6,797 nt of DNA from Candidatus Heimdallarchaeota archaeon B3_Heim (GTDB lineage Archaea > Asgardarchaeota > Heimdallarchaeia > Hodarchaeales > Hodarchaeaceae): NCBI GenBank assembly GCA_003144275.1, contig NJBF01000089.1, positions 1 through 6,797 of the forward strand, given 5' to 3'. Made by a program: the position numbers and the translations under genes. The notes under the pieces are model-generated. The model was not told the DNA's origin. It was given only the letters and a program-made list of their open reading frames with translations, and ran no database searches. Of the stretch, positions 6,632 through 6,797 are shown one piece after another. Numbering within the stretch: position 1 is the stretch's first letter; each line of letters begins with the position of its first letter.

Positions 6632-6797
6632 ATGGCATTTGTGCTTCGAGAATTTATACCAAAGCTTGAAGGGTCTCATAGTCTGGATCCCGTTGGTAGT
6701 TTAAAAAAGGCTGAATGGGCCCAGGTAGCTGATCATTATGGCATCACTTTTGTTGCCAGTGCGACAAAATCTCAAATATATAAGTTAATAGAAAATT
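6632..6797 (+). CDS. gag: Gag N-terminus of element B, 3'-partial (not in the ORF track)
   Basis: ATG at 6632, open to the window end: MAFVLREFIPKLEGSHSLDPVGSLKKAEWAQVADHYGITFVASATKSQIYKLIEN. Bases 6701-6797 align ungapped to 1-97 at 66/97 nt and 16/32 aa identity. Confidence 0.88.
   Translation, partial: MAFVLREFIPKLEGSHSLDPVGSLKKAEWAQVADHYGITFVASATKSQIYKLIEN

Larger units (their letters stand above)
6504..6797 (+). mobile_element. 5' portion of a second, divergent Gmr1-like element (element B): LTR-end-like segment, possible PBS, start of gag
   Basis: Contains a gag start homologous to element A, preceded by ...GCACA-TTTTC-TGG, an LTR-end/PBS-like arrangement. Confidence 0.75.

Noticed and set aside
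6422-6679. ORFs 6422..6619 (+) and 6488..6679 (-)
   Set aside because: They cross the LTR end and junction and have no homology clues. The real coding frame starts at 6632.
1-6797. Window as a circular 1-LTR circle or contig with terminal overlap (it starts at ttaaaaaagg, which recurs at 6701)
   Set aside because: A circular overlap would be identical. The two ends share only about 66/97 nt with codon-preserving changes, so they are paralogs.

Overview
The window holds almost all of an apparently intact Ty3/Gypsy LTR retrotransposon ('element A') of the Gmr1-like type, in AT-rich and mostly CpG-poor, probably animal, DNA. A single uninterrupted gag-pol frame runs from before base 1 to 5157: helical/coiled-coil Gag N-terminus, SCAN-like capsid, two CCHC knuckles, protease, integrase, reverse transcriptase, RNase H. 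Integrase lies before RT, as in Gmr1-like elements. A short PPT (5457-5463) and a candidate 1040-bp LTR (5464-6503; TGTTATGG...CCGTAACA, TATA/Inr, AATAAA) follow. Directly after that LTR there is no host-like flank. Instead, 128 bp later a second gag begins (ATG 6632), in the same orientation and homologous to the start of the window but only about 68% nt / 50% aa identical. Two different Gmr1-like elements therefore sit head-to-tail. The joint is unusual (CA-GG-TG, then a 65-bp TGTCAC...GTGCACA segment and a possible PBS), suggesting self-targeted insertion or end-joined array building. Other oddities are a sharply bounded CpG-rich patch over the RT core and an expanded Ala/Glu/Arg repeat in Gag. 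All alignments and counts were done by eye; no database searches were run.
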